Part shown: positions 1-15,168 of the stretch, in pieces
How positions within the stretch are numbered: position 1 is the first letter of the stretch
Layout: each line of letters starts with the position of its first letter
Source: Antedon mediterranea
Lineage: Eukaryota > Animalia > Echinodermata
DNA length: 64,000 nt
Reading direction: 5' to 3'
NCBI RefSeq assembly: GCF_964355755.1
Contig: NC_092673.1
Location: 13,426,948-13,490,947, forward strand
The notes under the pieces: generated by a model
What the model saw: the letters and a program-made list of their open reading frames with translations, nothing else
What the model was told of the DNA's origin: nothing
Database searches by the model: none
Position numbers and translations under genes: made by a program

Positions 1-1194
1 GTTTAGTTTAAAGTAGGCCATTGGTACATTAAATTTATAAGCACTAGATGGCACGCTCGCTTCGCTCGCGTACCATCTAGGGGTGCTCACAGATGGTTCT
101 CGAATACAGTAGAATCCACGGACGGGGACTTTTTTGGGACACTAAACAAAAACGGAAGTGTCCCCCTAATTGGGGTATTCAGAAATAGAGACAACAAAAC
201 CAATACTGGATTCCATAAAGGACAATTAATTTATGTGGATTAAAGAAATTAGGGAGAAATGGAAATGTATGTACGGGAATTGGGCGGCAGCACGTGGTGG
301 TGGTGATGGAACCGCAGTAATAAAGTTGATTGTATTTATATATTATAAGAACCAAACTAAATAAATAGACCTAGACATTCTGCGAAATGGAAATCGGAAA
401 TTCAAGCTCCTATTCAGTGAAAAATTAAACTGTAGTCTACCTAAATATTTAGGGCAAATCATCGGTTGTGGTGTTGAACTTCCTGTAAACATTTGTGTGA
501 ACCAAACTGGGTCGAATTTCTGTCATGAGTACTGATTTGTTGGCCTGTGATTTATGACGCCTAAGGGATCTATCTAGACTTATTTTTTAGAATAATGTAC
601 GTACCTGTCAGATACAATTGTCTTGTGTCGTATAATAAATAAGTACTGTAATAGTTACTGAAGTTACTATTACAATCTCGTCAATGAAAACACGAAAATG
701 TATATGCACTTACTTATGAAAACGTATACAGTATTATACTCAGTTATTGAAACAGTAGGTTTAAAAAAGTTTCGTTTGTCTGTAAAATGATGTAATCAAG
801 CTGTTTACATGAGTCTTAATTTATAAGCACATCAATAATAAAATAGTTTATCTATCCTGTAATTGCCGAGATTATGGTCGCTGTTGAATGAAATAAAGCC
901 AATCGGTATCATATTTGTACAGAAACGTTTTCGCGGCCGAAGGGTGTAACCTAAATTCGTTGTATTATTATTATCGTCAAGAACTAACTGTAACTACATA
1001 GAAAGTAGGGTATCATAAATTTGGCCTTAGCACTCAGGGGAGTGGCTAAGATGAAGTCCGTGGGACTACTAAATATAAATTGTAATGAACCTCGAGGGAC
1101 ATAAATAGGAATATTTCATGTTTCATTATCAATGTATAATAAATGGAAACTGTTTACCGATTCAAATAATAGAAATTGGTTTTTAACATTTTCC

Positions 1195-2316
1195 GAACCT
1201 ATTGCAAGTTTATTCTCAAAGGGCCCATATATTTACCTACCGTATGTGTTAAACCAAGGGCTCATAAATTTACCTACAGTACTTGTGTTAAACCAAACTG
1301 GATGTTCCATTCATCGCAAATCAATACATTTGTATAATCGTATATTAAATCTATCAAAATAGTATTTTTTAAAGAAAATCGGCCTGTCTTCAACATTATG
1401 ATGGTGTACTCTAGCAATCTATCAAAATAGTATTTTTTTAAAGAAAATCGGCCTGTCTTCAACATTATGATGGTGTACTCTAGCTGTTCAACCGGTTTTC
1501 AGCTATTAAAAACAATTATCGTAGGAGGAGATAGGAAAATGCGAAGCCTCCTCGCTATGTAACATTAGGGTTGAGGGATGGGAAAGCGGATAGGTACAAA
1601 GAGGAACAATTTTTAAATATATTCTTTATCCACTGAGTAACGAAATATTTTGTTCATGTTTTATAGGCCTATAAATAATATACCTCTAAATACAGTAGGC
1701 CTAAAACATTTGCGATTTAATACTTTGTTAAAATTGTCACTGTCATAATCGATTGAAATATTAAAGTACATGTCACGATACACCACTACGACGTTTATAT
1801 TTTTGGTAATTATTAATTAATACAAACGTTGAGAAGGAACTGTCAGTATAAAGTTTATTTGTATATCTAACAGTAGAGCCTATCCACAGTCTCAGTAATA
1901 AAGTTTATTTGTATATATTTTTATATTACATCTAACAGTACGAACATTCACAGTAAGAAATGTTCGATTCAAATGAAAAATAGTTAATAGGTATTTACAG
2001 TATTGTCAAAGTATTGCAAGTTTATTCTCAAAGGGCCCATATATTTACCTACCGTATGTGTTAAACCAAGGGCTCATAAATTTACCTACAGTACTTGTGT
2101 TAAACCAACTCTGGCAGACTGAGAGATTGGGATGTTCCATTCATCGCAAATCAATACATTTGTATAATCGTATATTAAATCTATCAAAATAGTATTTTTT
2201 AAAGAAAATCGGCCTGTCTTCAACATTATGATGGTGTACTCTAGCTGTTCAACCGGTTTTCAGCTATTAAAAACAATTATCGTAGGAGGAGATAGAAAAA
2301 TGCGAAGCCTCCTCGC
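1195..2316 (+). repeat. ~300-350 bp direct duplication (1195-1555 vs 2012-2316), first copy with internal ~70 bp tandem duplication
   Basis: ATTGCAAGTTTATTCTCAAAGGGCCC...GCGAAGCCTCCTCGC occurs twice; CTATCAAAATAGTATT...GTACTCTAGC is doubled in copy 1. Confidence 0.85.
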
Positions 2317-3589
2317 ATTTTTTTGGCGGGTATTTTTCAAGATGGACATCCATTAGACAGTGTATACCACGATCGGAAAACACCCCTATTTGGGGCAAAT
2401 CTTTGAACCTAAATTCGTTTTAATCGTCAATAACTAATTATCTAACTCAATTTAATTAGTAAACAGGGTTACATTAGGCGGTTAAAATAAGTACCGAAAG
2501 TACGAACCAACTTTACATACCATCGAGTGAAAATTCTAGAAGTAAGGTGCGATTTACCGAATTTTGCCCTTACGTAAATTTATATATAGATAAACTATTG
2601 CATTCATCCATAAACTGCCTACAAGTTTACACGTTTGTTTATTTTATTTCTTATCATCTTCGCAGCTGAAGCTGAATTACAAGATAATTATATTAAAAGC
2701 ATTAAAATTGATGGTTAAAAATGGTAAAAATTAAACCACATAGAAACATGGTACATACACAATACATTCACGTAAAAAAAGTACAAAAACAAATTATAAA
2801 AGGTTAAAAACTATACACCACTAGTAGTCATACTGTATAATAATGGTTTATATTGAAATAATAAATAAATTCCATAAGAAACTGAGGTTTTTACTGTATA
2901 CGGCAAAAATATTGCAAGTGGTGGTCAGCCTAATTATGAGTCTCGATAGCCAATTTAAACTAAACTAAATATGTTGCATTAATATCAATCTTTTAAAATT
3001 CCAGTTGTCAACAATGCGTCTAGTAGTAGAAAAGGCCTTCTTAATAAGACTATGTTTCAACCTAAAAGAATGCCCTCAAGAGTGATGCTATCCTTAACAC
3101 AAAATATAAACCAGGGAGTTGTTATTAGACAACTCCCTGTATAAACTAGATAATCTTTAGAAATTTGTTTGTTGAATATGCCATTTAATGCCAATTTAAT
3201 TTGATCGAAAAATAAATTACTAATTTGAAAAAAACTTTAATAAACCTGCAAAATGACATGGCCTATTTAAAGTATGTACAATATATCATAAAAAAACGAC
3301 ATCTTTATTGGCTCTGTTAATAGTGTGAACACCAACTTTCTCCTGAGTAAGATGTAAGACCTAATTTAAAATTTATTAATAATCCAAACCTATAATGTAT
3401 GTATACATAGTCTAATATTTTTTTTAAAGTGAATATTTTCAGTAACTAAATTAAATCAACTGGTTACATGCACTTTAAATTACCACCATATTCTAAACAA
3501 CAAGTACGGTAGTGCCAAATCACATGTTCTAATGAATGCCTACATGAAGAAGATTCCGGGTTTAAATCCTTTTCAAATATAGTTCAAAT

Positions 3590-4316
3590 GTTAATAACCA
3601 TACAATAGGCCATTATTGGACAAAATGTGTCATTGGACTCTATAGAAACATGTATGTTTTGAACAATTTGACACTAAAAATAATTTCATATGTACAATAT
3701 TTTCAAAGTTATGCGATTTTATGTAGTGTAAAGTTCAAAGGTCAATAATGTTAGAATCGGCCATTTTTTGCAAAAACATGCCATTAGACTAAATATAAAT
3801 GTGTAGTTTTTGAACATTTTGAGCCATATTTTGTGTCTCTCCTATTAGTGGTTGCTAAGATATGATAACTCAAGGTCAAAGGTCAATAATGTTAGAATCC
3901 GCCATTTTTTGCAAAAACATGCCATTAGACTGGATATAAATGTGTAGTTTCTGAACAATTTAAGCCCTAATTTGTATATCTCCGATTAGTGGTTGCTGAG
4001 ATATGATAAATCAAGGTCAAAGGTCAATAATGTTAGAAAAAGCACTTCCATTCATTTTTGGACAAACTTTTTCATTAAAGTGAATATAAATACATATATT
4101 CTAACGATTTTAACACCATAATTAAGTATCTGTGACTAGCGGTTTCCAAGATACATAGTACGTTATTAAAAATGGCCACCATTTTTAATTATGCAAATTA
4201 GGCTACTTCCCGTTGTCGAAAAATGTCCTAACGTTGATAAATGTCTTCAGTAGGGTCTAAAGAACACATTTCATCAAAAAAACCTTTTCTTGCAATTTGT
4301 GTGAGTTAAAAGTCTA
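3590..4316. mobile_element. Probable Academ-type DNA transposon terminus with ~141-bp subterminal repeats
   Basis: AAAGGTCAATAATGTTAGAA recurs at ~3737, ~3878 and ~4019; the block ends ...GAGTTAAAAGTCTA (TAG...CTA-type end). No partner end seen. Confidence 0.4.
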
Positions 4317-5010
4317 AATCCCATGGACTATAAGTTTGGACATTTCACTTCCTGTTGCCCTCCAAGCATGGCAACCATAGGTGAGTCTACTCCTAACTAG
4401 ACCATTAAGAAACATCATTCTTGTTTGTAGGTGGATCGTTCTGTTGGTAAGCAATGCCCTATTCTCTGCAAATGCTCCTTTGGCTGAATTGATTCTGTAT
4501 TTTACTTCTTGATCTCCAATATGAACATCATTGTAGGTAGCCCATACACCAAGGTATCTAAAGTGTGTTACGTAGTTAATGTGTACGCCGCCAATTTGTA
4601 TGATGCATCTTGGGTATTCTTCAACTTCCTCTTTCCAGTTCCATATAATGGTTTCTGTTTTGGGGGCACTAATTCTTAGACCAAATTCCAGACAAACTTT
4701 ATTCAAGATGTTCACAATGGTTTGCAGTTCTTCTTGTGACTAGGAGCTTACAGCAAAGTCGTCAGCCTAGCCACTTTCAAAGTCGTCATAGATGCCCCTT
4801 GATGGTGCTTTACATCTTTGAGCACGATTTGTAGCTTCAATAGGAATTAGGTATTGTATCATTAGGCCATCCAAACTAGCATCTTTACAGCGTTGTTTGA
4901 ACACTCTAATAACGTAATCAAAATATTGGTTAAACATGCTGGTACTCTCAATACCACCCTGTCGCACCCCAGAAGAATTAGCACTCTGGGAATTACAAAA
5001 TGAGACCATA
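4317..5010 (-). mobile_element. Non-LTR retrotransposon reverse transcriptase fragment (RTE-like), degraded
   Basis: GVRQGGIES..FNQYFD, a stop-interrupted ADD motif near 4765, GLRISAPKTE, FRYLG, LTYGCHAW. Confidence 0.85.
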
Positions 5011-5080
5011 AACAAAATACTGTAGAACTGAACTCACTATGTCGATAGGCTATTTGCACAACGCACTGTACTACATGCAT

Positions 5081-5104
5081 CACACACACACACACACACA
5101 CACA
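5081..5104 (+). repeat. (CA)n microsatellite
   Basis: Run of about 12 CA units. Confidence 0.95.
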
Positions 5105-5589
5105 TTTCAGGGGACCAAAAAGGTAATTTCTAATGTTCAACAAGCGTCAACAGTTGACAATATGGTACAGTATTGTAAACTGTTTAGTTTACGGTTAGGT
5201 TTTACTTTACACAATTCTGTTTATTTAATTATTTGACCATGATGCCAATTAATTACAAAATAATGACCTGCTGTGTTATCAAATGGTGGAGAAAATGAGC
5301 GAAAACAAGATTCTAAAGTAATATTTGATGATTTATTGATCTAGGTTAAAACTCACCAGTTTTTGTCGAAGTTCATTATCTTCAATACCTTCCTCTTTCA
5401 ACTTGAACTCTTCAATACTTGGAAATGATTTGAAGTTCAGGTATTGTTTCATCCCTGCTTTCTTGATTTTGTCGATGTAACAAGTCTCTTATTTCAGTTA
5501 AAAGATACAACGTTCTCTTTTGAAATTCTGTTTAAAAAAAGATTATTTTGTATTTTAGTATCATTTGTCTATTGGTATGCTATAATAAC

Positions 5590-6420
5590 ATTTTTGTATT
5601 ATACTTGAGTGTGAATAACTGCCATGTTCAGCATGTAGAATTAATCTAGTATTCGCTTCCTCGTGGTCACAAAACAGTTCCGGCACATTAACAGCATTGC
5701 AAACACCATCTGTCCAAGTCAATTTATGGCAATGACTTCCATGAGTAACATAGACTGGAAATGATATAGTGATACCTGATGATTTTGACCAAGTTTAAAA
5801 AATGATTTCTATAAAGAACCTCTTTGTTTTGTTCATTTGCCAAGGATTTCTTGTATTGCTTTGCGGTTTTCTGTTTTTGTCCATAGATTTTGATGACCTC
5901 TTATCCCTTGTTTTTCACGTACAAGATTTTTATTGCTGACAATTGGATATTTGTCACAAATAAAATCCACCCGCGAACATTTGTAAGATGGGGCAATAAA
6001 CTGTAGTTGCTTAAAAATTTTCATAGCCAATTCTTCAAGTTTATTCAGTATGTTGCGTTTACGAATAGCTTGAAGTAGTGCCATTGCATCAATCATTAGT
6101 GCACTATTTGGATCAGGTTTTGATGTGTGAATTGAGTCTTCACCTTTGCCTTCCAAAATGTTAGTAGTGAACTTTTGTCTGTCCTTACCAAGGATTTCGG
6201 ACCGTTGGCCAATGGAAAGAGAATATCACCCAGACAGAATGACATAACCTCCTTCATGTTAATGCCACAAGTTTGCCCAACAACAAGCAGCTCTTTATTT
6301 CCCTTCACTAAAGTCGTAGAACTTATTTTTGTTTACTTGTAGTTGTCTTGAAAGGTTTTCAATTTATTTTACTTAACTGTTGCAAACAATGAGGTCGTTC
6401 CAGTACTGCAGATCCTGCTT
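5590..6420 (-). pseudogene. Academ(X)-like transposase fragment, XPG/PIN-type nuclease region, frameshifted
   Basis: IDAMALLQ, RVDFICDKY, and the minus-strand motif VPELFCDHEEANTRLILHA (HEEADT-type) at ~5630-5690. Confidence 0.6.
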
Positions 6421-7799
6421 TTTTAAATTCATCTGCTTCTTTCTCCCCAACATTCTTTCCAACTCTTCGAGATTCAAACGGATCTGCGATATACAATTCT
6501 TATCTTCTGCTGGATTGAGCCATTTTGTTACAGTATTTTAGCAATACAATGAATGTTTACCAGTCTTTTAAGTAAATATGAGGATTTCGTACATGCCACT
6601 TTTATATATCCAACTCTTTAGCATCAGTGATTTTCAGATATACGACTGTAATTTCACCCCTTATTTGCATATTTCATTTAACTTGTACTACTAATTTGTA
6701 TACTTTCGAGGTGTGTGACAAAGTTGTGATTTTGAGAATTAGAAAGTAGTCCTACACTGGCTATTGGAAACCTGTATCTGAGTCATTTGAGGGCAAAACA
6801 AAGTCTCTACTGATATTTTAGTCATATTATGTATGAAAACATTGAGAAATGCAGTTTTATTTGAGCATTTTCGTATAATCATCATCTCTTTTCATACACG
6901 TCGCCGCCTGCCACACACCACATATCTTCCGATGAGATGTGCACCCTCTACATTCATTGAATTAAAGCATGTAAACATCTTTGATTAAAGCAATGAACAG
7001 TAGTTACAAATAGCGGTGTAATTTTAATTTATATAACTATCGTATCACTATGTAACAATACTTAATATGTATTTGACCATGGAGGAAATGTATATACATG
7101 GTTGAACTCGATTATACTGATGATACATTGTTGTATATAGCACGTTGCTTAAACAACATAATTGTTTTACTTGAGCGTTAGGTCATCAACTTTGTTTGAT
7201 ACCTGTTTTAGTTCGACTATCAACTTCTTTGCAGTACACTCGGATAATGAAACAGAATTTTCAGAATGCGAATCAGAGAGTGTATAAATTTGTAACAAAT
7301 GTCCTAATGATTGGTGTAAAGAAAGGCATAAGGGGAGTAAATATCATGAGCATCAGCAGACAAATGAGAAGAAACAGAATAATCAAAACAAGAAGAATGA
7401 TGATCGGATTCGTTGTCTTAATTTTCAACACGAAGCATCTGTAAATGTATTACGTCTCTCAGCTTTTTTTGCAGCTCAATTTGTTCTGCAAAAATGTGAA
7501 TTAAATACAATTTAATCGAACTGGTCACTGCAGACTACCTTTGAATATAGGTAATTATTGTAGAAGCTATGTATGTAGTAGTAAGTTAGTGTAAAAGTCT
7601 AGTAACAGATATTTTACGTTTCTCTAATGCTGCTGTAAAAACAGTTAAGGTTATTTAGTAATTTAAAAATTTTGCCAGGAACATAGTTATAGTTCAATCT
7701 GTTTGTTCATTAAAGTTGATATAATTACAATCATCATCGACGACAACATTTAACGAAATGCATTCTATATGGAACCACTGTCAACGTCTGTGTGATCAC

Positions 7800-10700
7800 C
7801 CCACAAGTTTCGGTAGTCTTTAACTAGACTTTCATCAACTTCAACTGGTGATGCTTTATTGAAAACTGAAACGAACAAAAATAAATATTTAATATCAATT
7901 GCCTTTTCAAACCAATTCCAATAATTAAAACCAAATATTAAAATAGACTAGTCATACCTTTGTTTTGGCTGACAATGGAACTCTATCGTTCACTGTATCG
8001 ACCAAACAGTTTTTAACTCTGATATATTTTCCCCTTTCTGCTGCCAGTATTTTTTATCATGTCTCCCGTAAGGGCCACACTGTCATTAATATAGCAATTG
8101 ACAATTTTATTGTGATTTTTCAAAATCACATATCCTTTTATAAACCGTCTGGCGGTTGGACCCTTTCCAACTGTTCGAGATTCAAACGGATCTACGATAT
8201 ATACAATTCTCACTTTCTGCTGAATTAAGCCATTTTGTTACAGTATTTTAGCAATACAATGAATGTATATGATCGGTACATGAATCCATTCCTCCGGGTG
8301 CGAGTTCCACATTCATCATGGCATGGTATGCCTTCACGGCATCATTTTTCCGTATTTTTTTGTTTTTTTTTCTTATGCAACCTGAAACAATTAATGTAAA
8401 AACTTTAATAGGGCCTATAGCTTACATTTTTTCCCTTTAATATTACTATTAGGCTTTGTAGGTCTAGTAGTAGTACCTGGCCTATTATTGATCAATGGAA
8501 GAACATCCGAAACTATATCGGATAATTTATGTCCCGAAAGAATTAATTCTAATTCTTGTCGGTCACAATTAAGATAGGCCTAGGTCTAGGCTAGGTAGGC
8601 CTTATTATATGCCAAATAATAAGGATAAGTTTTGATAATCGGAGTTTGGTTGAATTGTGGTGGCAAAAACATAAATGCAAATCAATTAGTCAATATTTAA
8701 GCATTGTTTTTAATACAACAATCTTCAGTGGTTTCGAATTGGTGTGATTGTTCCCACGGAAACAACTACATCAATACCATGTAAAAACTCCTTACGGATG
8801 AATATTAAGTGTATTTGAAAACTCTTACTAACATTAGGATTAAGTTTGTGACTGACGACTTAATAAGCAACAAATAAATAGTTCATTTATAGACACACTA
8901 CTGTCAGAAATAGGAAAGTTGATCTACAAAAAGAATTTTAGAGCTTTGCCTTGTGCTCCCTGGGGACGGACTAAAATATAAAGAAGTTAAAACTGCCTCA
9001 ATATAAGTTTATTTGTACGACATGTTTAGGGCATAGCCTTTCTTTATTAATAACAACATTTATTCAACATTCAACAGTTTACATAGTTTATGGGACAGAC
9101 ACCCCATAGGTAGTGTTATATATTAAATCATCAAAAAGCTGTGGCATGGATTTCTGAAAAGTACACATGATTAATAATCTTTCCAAAAAATTTAGACCTA
9201 TAAAGGTGTAATTAAAATGTATTCTACAGATAGAGTGAGAGAATATTTTATCGATTATTAAAGAACACTTTTGTTTACAGTCTTGTTATTTATCAAAAAT
9301 TTATCAAAGTCAACTAAATAAATTTATTGAACGTGATGTTCAATATGCCTGTATATACTGAAACCTATACTTTTATGATATTTATTAATAATGTAATTAT
9401 GATTAAATTATATCACATTGCGAATTACTGTACTTTGCACATAATGATTTAATTTATAGTTCATTAAATACTATTCACAATACTTGTTTATATTGTGAAC
9501 ATTGCTATGTTATTCATAAACCCATTCTCATCATCTATTGCGATAATCACACCAGTCTTCTCTTCTGAATATGTGCAAAACTAAAAAAATAAAAATTAAT
9601 TTATAAAAAAATACAAATTTTACTCCAAAGATCTATGCTTTTGATGACTTAACCCAAAGCACAATATAAATGTGCAATACAAAACTCAAAAACAGCAATA
9701 GGTACTACAGCTAAACTGACACATGCACATCCACACACAACAGAAACAACTTTCCAACAACAAGAGATCCCATTTCACATGCATAATTAAAAGATGCATC
9801 AAGAACAACTTGCCAAAAAGTAACAAAAACAAATGTTGAAAAGTTGTCAAATTTGAACAAAATCATGTCAGCAACCAAAGATATTTCAAGGTATCATATA
9901 TAAAATAAATTACGTAATTCACACTTACTTCAATTGTACTCGACTCAATACTGGTTAGCCTGTCAGCCTCCTTCACCACCGCAGTTATGGTAACTTTATC
10001 GCCCAATTCTATTTCCTTAGATCTTTGAGCACTCCATTCCATAGCACCACATCTACGTGCTCCACCTCCTTCTAGTCTAATGCTCCTCGTTTTAAATGAA
10101 CTAGTCTCCAACAAGTTTCCAACCTGCATAAATAAAAGAAAACAATTGGAAAATATTAATATCAAATTATCTAAAATAACAGCCAATAGGGAAACCTATT
10201 GTTGTCCTAAAGACAAAAATATTTAATATGAAAACGGAATTTAAAAAACAAAAAAGTAATATCAAGGTACTGCCTTTTATAGCGTCAGTTAAAGACATAA
10301 ATAAAACAAATATATTAAAGATTGAACAAAATAAAGTAAAATTAAATAAATAGATAAAAAATATAAAGAAAATAAATAAGACAATTTAATTAATTAATAA
10401 AGAAACGACACATAAATAAAGTAAAATAAACATATAAATGAAAGAAATAATTAAAACAAATAAAATAAAAGTCTGTTGAAAACATGTACTGATCGTCCAC
10501 ATGACGTCATCATTTACATTGGAAGTCAAGGTGGTAATGTCACAATGTAAATGACCTAATTACCTCAATTACATCTCCAGAGATGTAATTCTTTACAGGA
10601 GAGCATTTTGCTTCAGCTACACACACTGAGTCTGGTTTGATGTAAGCCTTTACAATTTCCATATTCACAGCGAAGTCACTTATCTTTGTAAATACCTGCA

Positions 10701-10800
10701 TACCAAAAATTAAATCACTATTTTCAACATTAAAGGGTCTTTCACACATGTTGAAGATATTGCTCACGTTCACTTCAATAATTTCAACGTTTAGATAATA
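7800..10800 (-). pseudogene. Exon relics of an OB-fold (RPA-like ssDNA-binding) protein gene, shuffled
   Basis: Splice-bounded segments ~7957-8217 and ~9928-10123 plus ~10565-10790; motifs CSPVK..ISGDVIEV, VDVVLW (read in the second copy) and IELGDKVTITAVV..LTSIESSTIE. Confidence 0.45.
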
Positions 10801-10889
10801 AATTCTCCTTTTTCAAGAGATGTTACTCAGTAGGTCAAATATTGCTTTGTTGAAGTCGTGAATCTCAGGTACTCGCCTTCTTTATTAAT

Positions 10890-11821
10890 AGCGAGCTTTC
10901 GTTGTAGTACGGAAGTAGTTCAGTACGGTAATTCAAACCGAATTGTGATCCACGCATGCGCAGAAATTTGAGACTCACCGTAGCGCTAAATTTGAGAACG
11001 GTAGTGAGAAGAAATAGCGTCCTGTCTGAAACGTACATTCAGCTGTGTATTTTAATTATGGAGGACACGATGGAAGTAGTATCGTCAAGAGTAAAGCAGT
11101 TTAATCAGTCGTTATTTTAACTTATTGTAATCAAACATGGACTAGGCTATAGCATATTAAATGAATGTTCATTAATGTCAAGTTTCAAGTTTATTGTTTC
11201 ACACAATACAATACAATATAAATACAGAAACATAAATTAATAAATACAATTGTGTGAGCAGGACGCATTAATAAGCCAAGGCTTTAAGTTTGGTCCTCCA
11301 GATGATAAGTAAAAATATATTTAATTATTTAATTTAAGCATTACTTACTAACAATGTAGTGCTCTAGATCAGTGATGCCAAATATAAAATAAAAAAATTG
11401 GCTTAGAGAATCGGCCTAGGCCTAGCCTGAAATAGCCTGATATAGCTGTTGCATTCATCTTCGTTGAATTTATCTAAGTTGAATTGATATTCATCACTTT
11501 TATACTGAAAATCAGGATTACTTGGAGAATTCATACTATATACAACATAATAAATTCTTCCTCGTCTAGAACATCTGAAATATAGGCAGCAACAAGAGAA
11601 TCTCGTACCCTATGAGTATGTAGGTTCGCCATGTTGTGAGATGCTGAAAGCCGAGTCAACTGATATGATACCTGATCGCACTATGACGTCGCGCACATGT
11701 TCCCGTCGCGTGAACAAAACGAAACAGTAACAGACATGACGGGAGCCTAGTAAATGAGTACGGTCACGATTGGTTAAACCGGCCATACTGCACGTTTACC
11801 GTCCCGTTACGAAAGCTCGCT
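10890..11821 (-). mobile_element. Non-autonomous PIF/Harbinger-group element with AAT target duplication
   Basis: TIRs AGCGAGCTTTCGT / ACGAAAGCTCGCT flanked by AAT on both sides; internal transposase N-terminus MANLHTHRVRDSLVAAYISDVLDEEEFIMLY..NPDF..FNLDKFNEDEC (~11633-11450). Confidence 0.75.
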
Positions 11822-13299
11822 AATGTTGGTGCAGACTACCTTATCACCAACTGACAACGAAAATAGCTTTTCTCGCATTTCGGAACTTGCTTTATTTACA
11901 TAAGGGAGCCTGTTGTTATCGATGGGCTTAACATTGGACGATACCATTATTTTTAGGCATTTTTCATCTGTTCAATGCGGTGGGGTATAGTAGCATTGGT
12001 AATATCGTGTGTCGGAAGCAGTCATGCGTGAACAGATCGTATTACAGCCGGCCGACCGGCCCAGCTCTAGCACAAAAGAACCTCCCATGAAAGCTATTTT
12101 TATCAAAGGTTATTAGCTATATAATTTGAACAGCTTTGTTTCATACCAAAAAATAAGAATGGTCTTCCGTCCGGGCTTCGTTGTTGTCGTGAATATGGCC
12201 GATACTAGTTGAAAACAATATATAAATAAACAAAACCATTGCTGTAGCCGAGTTACCGCCGATTTAAAGGCGTATTGTTCAATAAAGTTATATTATATTA
12301 TAGTTTCTGGTGAAATATTTCAGATATAGATTCGGATTTATTTGTCCTTGCGGAAAATATTGACCGGCACAATCGCTTACATAAAATATAACTATTTACA
12401 AAGTAAAAATAATAAAATGAAAAGTAATACAATGAAAAATAAAGAGTTGTAAAATAAAATTATTAACAGTATTTATCATTGAAAGCTCTGATGGAAAAAG
12501 GGACGAATGAATTTAGATATCTATTTGTTCTGCAACGTGTACTACGTAGTCGTTTGCCAGACCTTAAAAATCATATACATGGTGTAGTGTGTGATTTTCA
12601 TTTGACATAATGTTCTTAGTCTTATCATGGACCTGGTCTTATCTAGAATTTTCGCAATACAAATATCATCGATAGAGAAACTTTCCTTAATAATACAAAC
12701 AACAAATTTAACAATTCAGGAATAGTTTTGTAGAGGAAGGGTGAAAGCAGGGAGGTTGAAAGGGTGGGCCGGTAATGACCTTAACATCCCGAAGAGTACC
12801 CAAACATATTTTGGGGCGCTCAACTTTACAGGTAAACACGATAAAAATCGCAAACAATTATGTTTTTTGGCCTTTTTAAAATGGTAAAAGCTTTTTGCCG
12901 AGTGAGTTTACAACATCTATCAGCGCGTGATAGCTTATATTTTAATTAAATTTTCAGACAGGTTTTTGTCTGTAAACGTACATGCGTAAATCGGGTGTTT
13001 GTTTATCGGATTTTTAAGGCAAGCGGCAATCGATGTGTGATTTATTTTATTTTATTCTGGTTTATATAAAATATTTTGATTTTTCAGCAAGAACTGAATT
13101 GTATCAACATTCACAAGTTAAATAAACAGAACAATAATATATAAAAACATTAAAAGGTCATTAAAAAACACACAAAAAATAAACACAATAATTTAGTTTC
13201 ACTTTTAGTATAGCGTTTATTAAAACAAAAACATCAGATTTAATTACAAATTTTGCACTGTACAAGGTAGTGTATTTTACTATGGTACTACGTATACTT

Positions 13300-13800
13300 T
13301 ATTTATGTACCATTGACATGTGTCTTTTTTTGTCGGCTTCCGACACAAATGTGTACGAGGGACATGACGGACATTGCCCGACGCCCATTGGCCCATCCTA
13401 AACAATAGTGTTCCCTGCCTGTTGTTGCATGAAACTCGTATAATGCCCTTCTAATTGTGGGTCTAATTGGGGTTGTGGTAAGCCGTCCTTCAAAAAACCC
13501 ATCACTTTCTTTGCTTGTATTGAACTGTTTGTACAGTGTTCGCATTCAGTATCTGTGCACTTTCTGAAACTTATTTCACAAATGTACATGTTTACATGCT
13601 AACTTTAGTTCTTCTAGAACGTTGCGCTGTTCTCGCAATGGATGCAATGGACCCTTAAGTAATTTATGGACTTTGTCGTAATCTTTATACGGTGAAGCGT
13701 CTATTGTAGATTTTATTGGCTGCGACGTAAATGGATGTCCATCGTATGGCATCCCATTCCAGTATTGCGACAACCTGTCAATTGCGTTATCAATCACCTG
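13300..13800 (-). pseudogene. Cys/His-rich C-terminal fragment of an unclassified transposase-like protein
   Basis: Three frameshifted ORFs join into ...KHVH.YICEISFRKCTDTECEHC..LPQP..GHYTSF; splice acceptor near 13800. Confidence 0.35.
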
Positions 13801-15089
13801 TTAAAAAAAATTAAATATTTTCAAACTATAATATATAATATAAGTATACAGTACAGTATACTAAATTAGATTCCGGTTGTCACTCGTGAACAATTCTCAA
13901 AAAGAGAAACAAACACAATCAATTATTTTGATATATCATCCCGTCAGGAGCGATAACTTGGCACATTCATCATTTGCAAATTTTACGTTTGTTCAATTTT
14001 TTTAAAGCAAGCCACTAAACGCATGAAATTAGATTAAACACAAACAATAATGAATTATGCTACTTCTAGTAAGCTTCAACTTTACATGCATTTATAAAGT
14101 CTACCAAAAAAAATTAGTTGCCATGTTTTATTTAATTTGTTAATTGTTTTCAACTAAAATGTTGGTGAGGAACGAATAAAGAACGCAGATTACAAAAAAA
14201 GTCATTCACCTGTTTTGTTTCATTATTAAAACGAAAATACATTCATGGCGTGGTATGCCTTCCTGGCATCTTCACGGCATCATTTTTCCGTAATTTTTTG
14301 TTTTTTTTTCTTATGCAACCTGAAACAATTAATATAAAAACTTTAATACGGCCTATAGCTTACATCTTTTCCCTATTAGTATTAGGCTTTGTAGGCCTAG
14401 TAGTAGTTGGCCAAGGAAGAGTAGGTCTGTTAGTAGTACCTGGCCTATTATTGATCAATGGAAGAACATCTGAAACTAGATCGGATAATTTATGTCCCAA
14501 AAGAATTAATTTGAATTTTTGTCGGTCACAATTAAGATAGGTCTAGGCTAGGTAGGCCTTATTATGTGTCAAATAATAAGGATAAGTTTTGATAATCGGA
14601 GTTTGGTTGAATTGTGGCGGCAAAAACATAAATGCAAATCAATTAGGTACAGTACTACAAAAGTCTATTTATTTCAGTCAATATGAATATTTAAGCATTG
14701 TTTTATACAACAATCTTCAGTGGTTTCGAATTGGTGTGATTGTTCCCGCGGAAACCACTACATCAATACCATGTAAAAACTCTTTACGGATGAATATTAA
14801 GTGTATTTGAACACTCTCACTAACATTAGGATTAAGTTTGTGACTGACCACTTAAGCACCAAATAAATTCAAAAGTAAATATATTAATTAATACAGTCGA
14901 GGATGACAATTTATCTTAATTAAAAATTCAATCAATTTGTTACCACAATGTGGTGATCAACCGCGATTACAGGAGTAACTAGCTAGGCCTACATTGCAGA
15001 GTAGTACACTACTTTTAATAGGCTAGGTAGGCCTCCTAGCTAGCTACTGTACACTGTTAACTAGCCTTTTTTAAGGGTGCGTGAGGTAC

Positions 15090-15168
15090 CTGTGTATAAG
15101 ATGCACCCAAAATTTAGAGGTCAAGTTTGCGTGTCAAAAGTGCGTCTTATACACCGAAATATACGGTA
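15090..15168. mobile_element. Tc1/mariner (pogo/Tc2-like) terminal fragment
   Basis: Reverse complement reads TACCGTATATTTCGGTGTATAAGACGCAC, with an internal inverted copy of TATAAGA(T/C)GCAC. Confidence 0.5.
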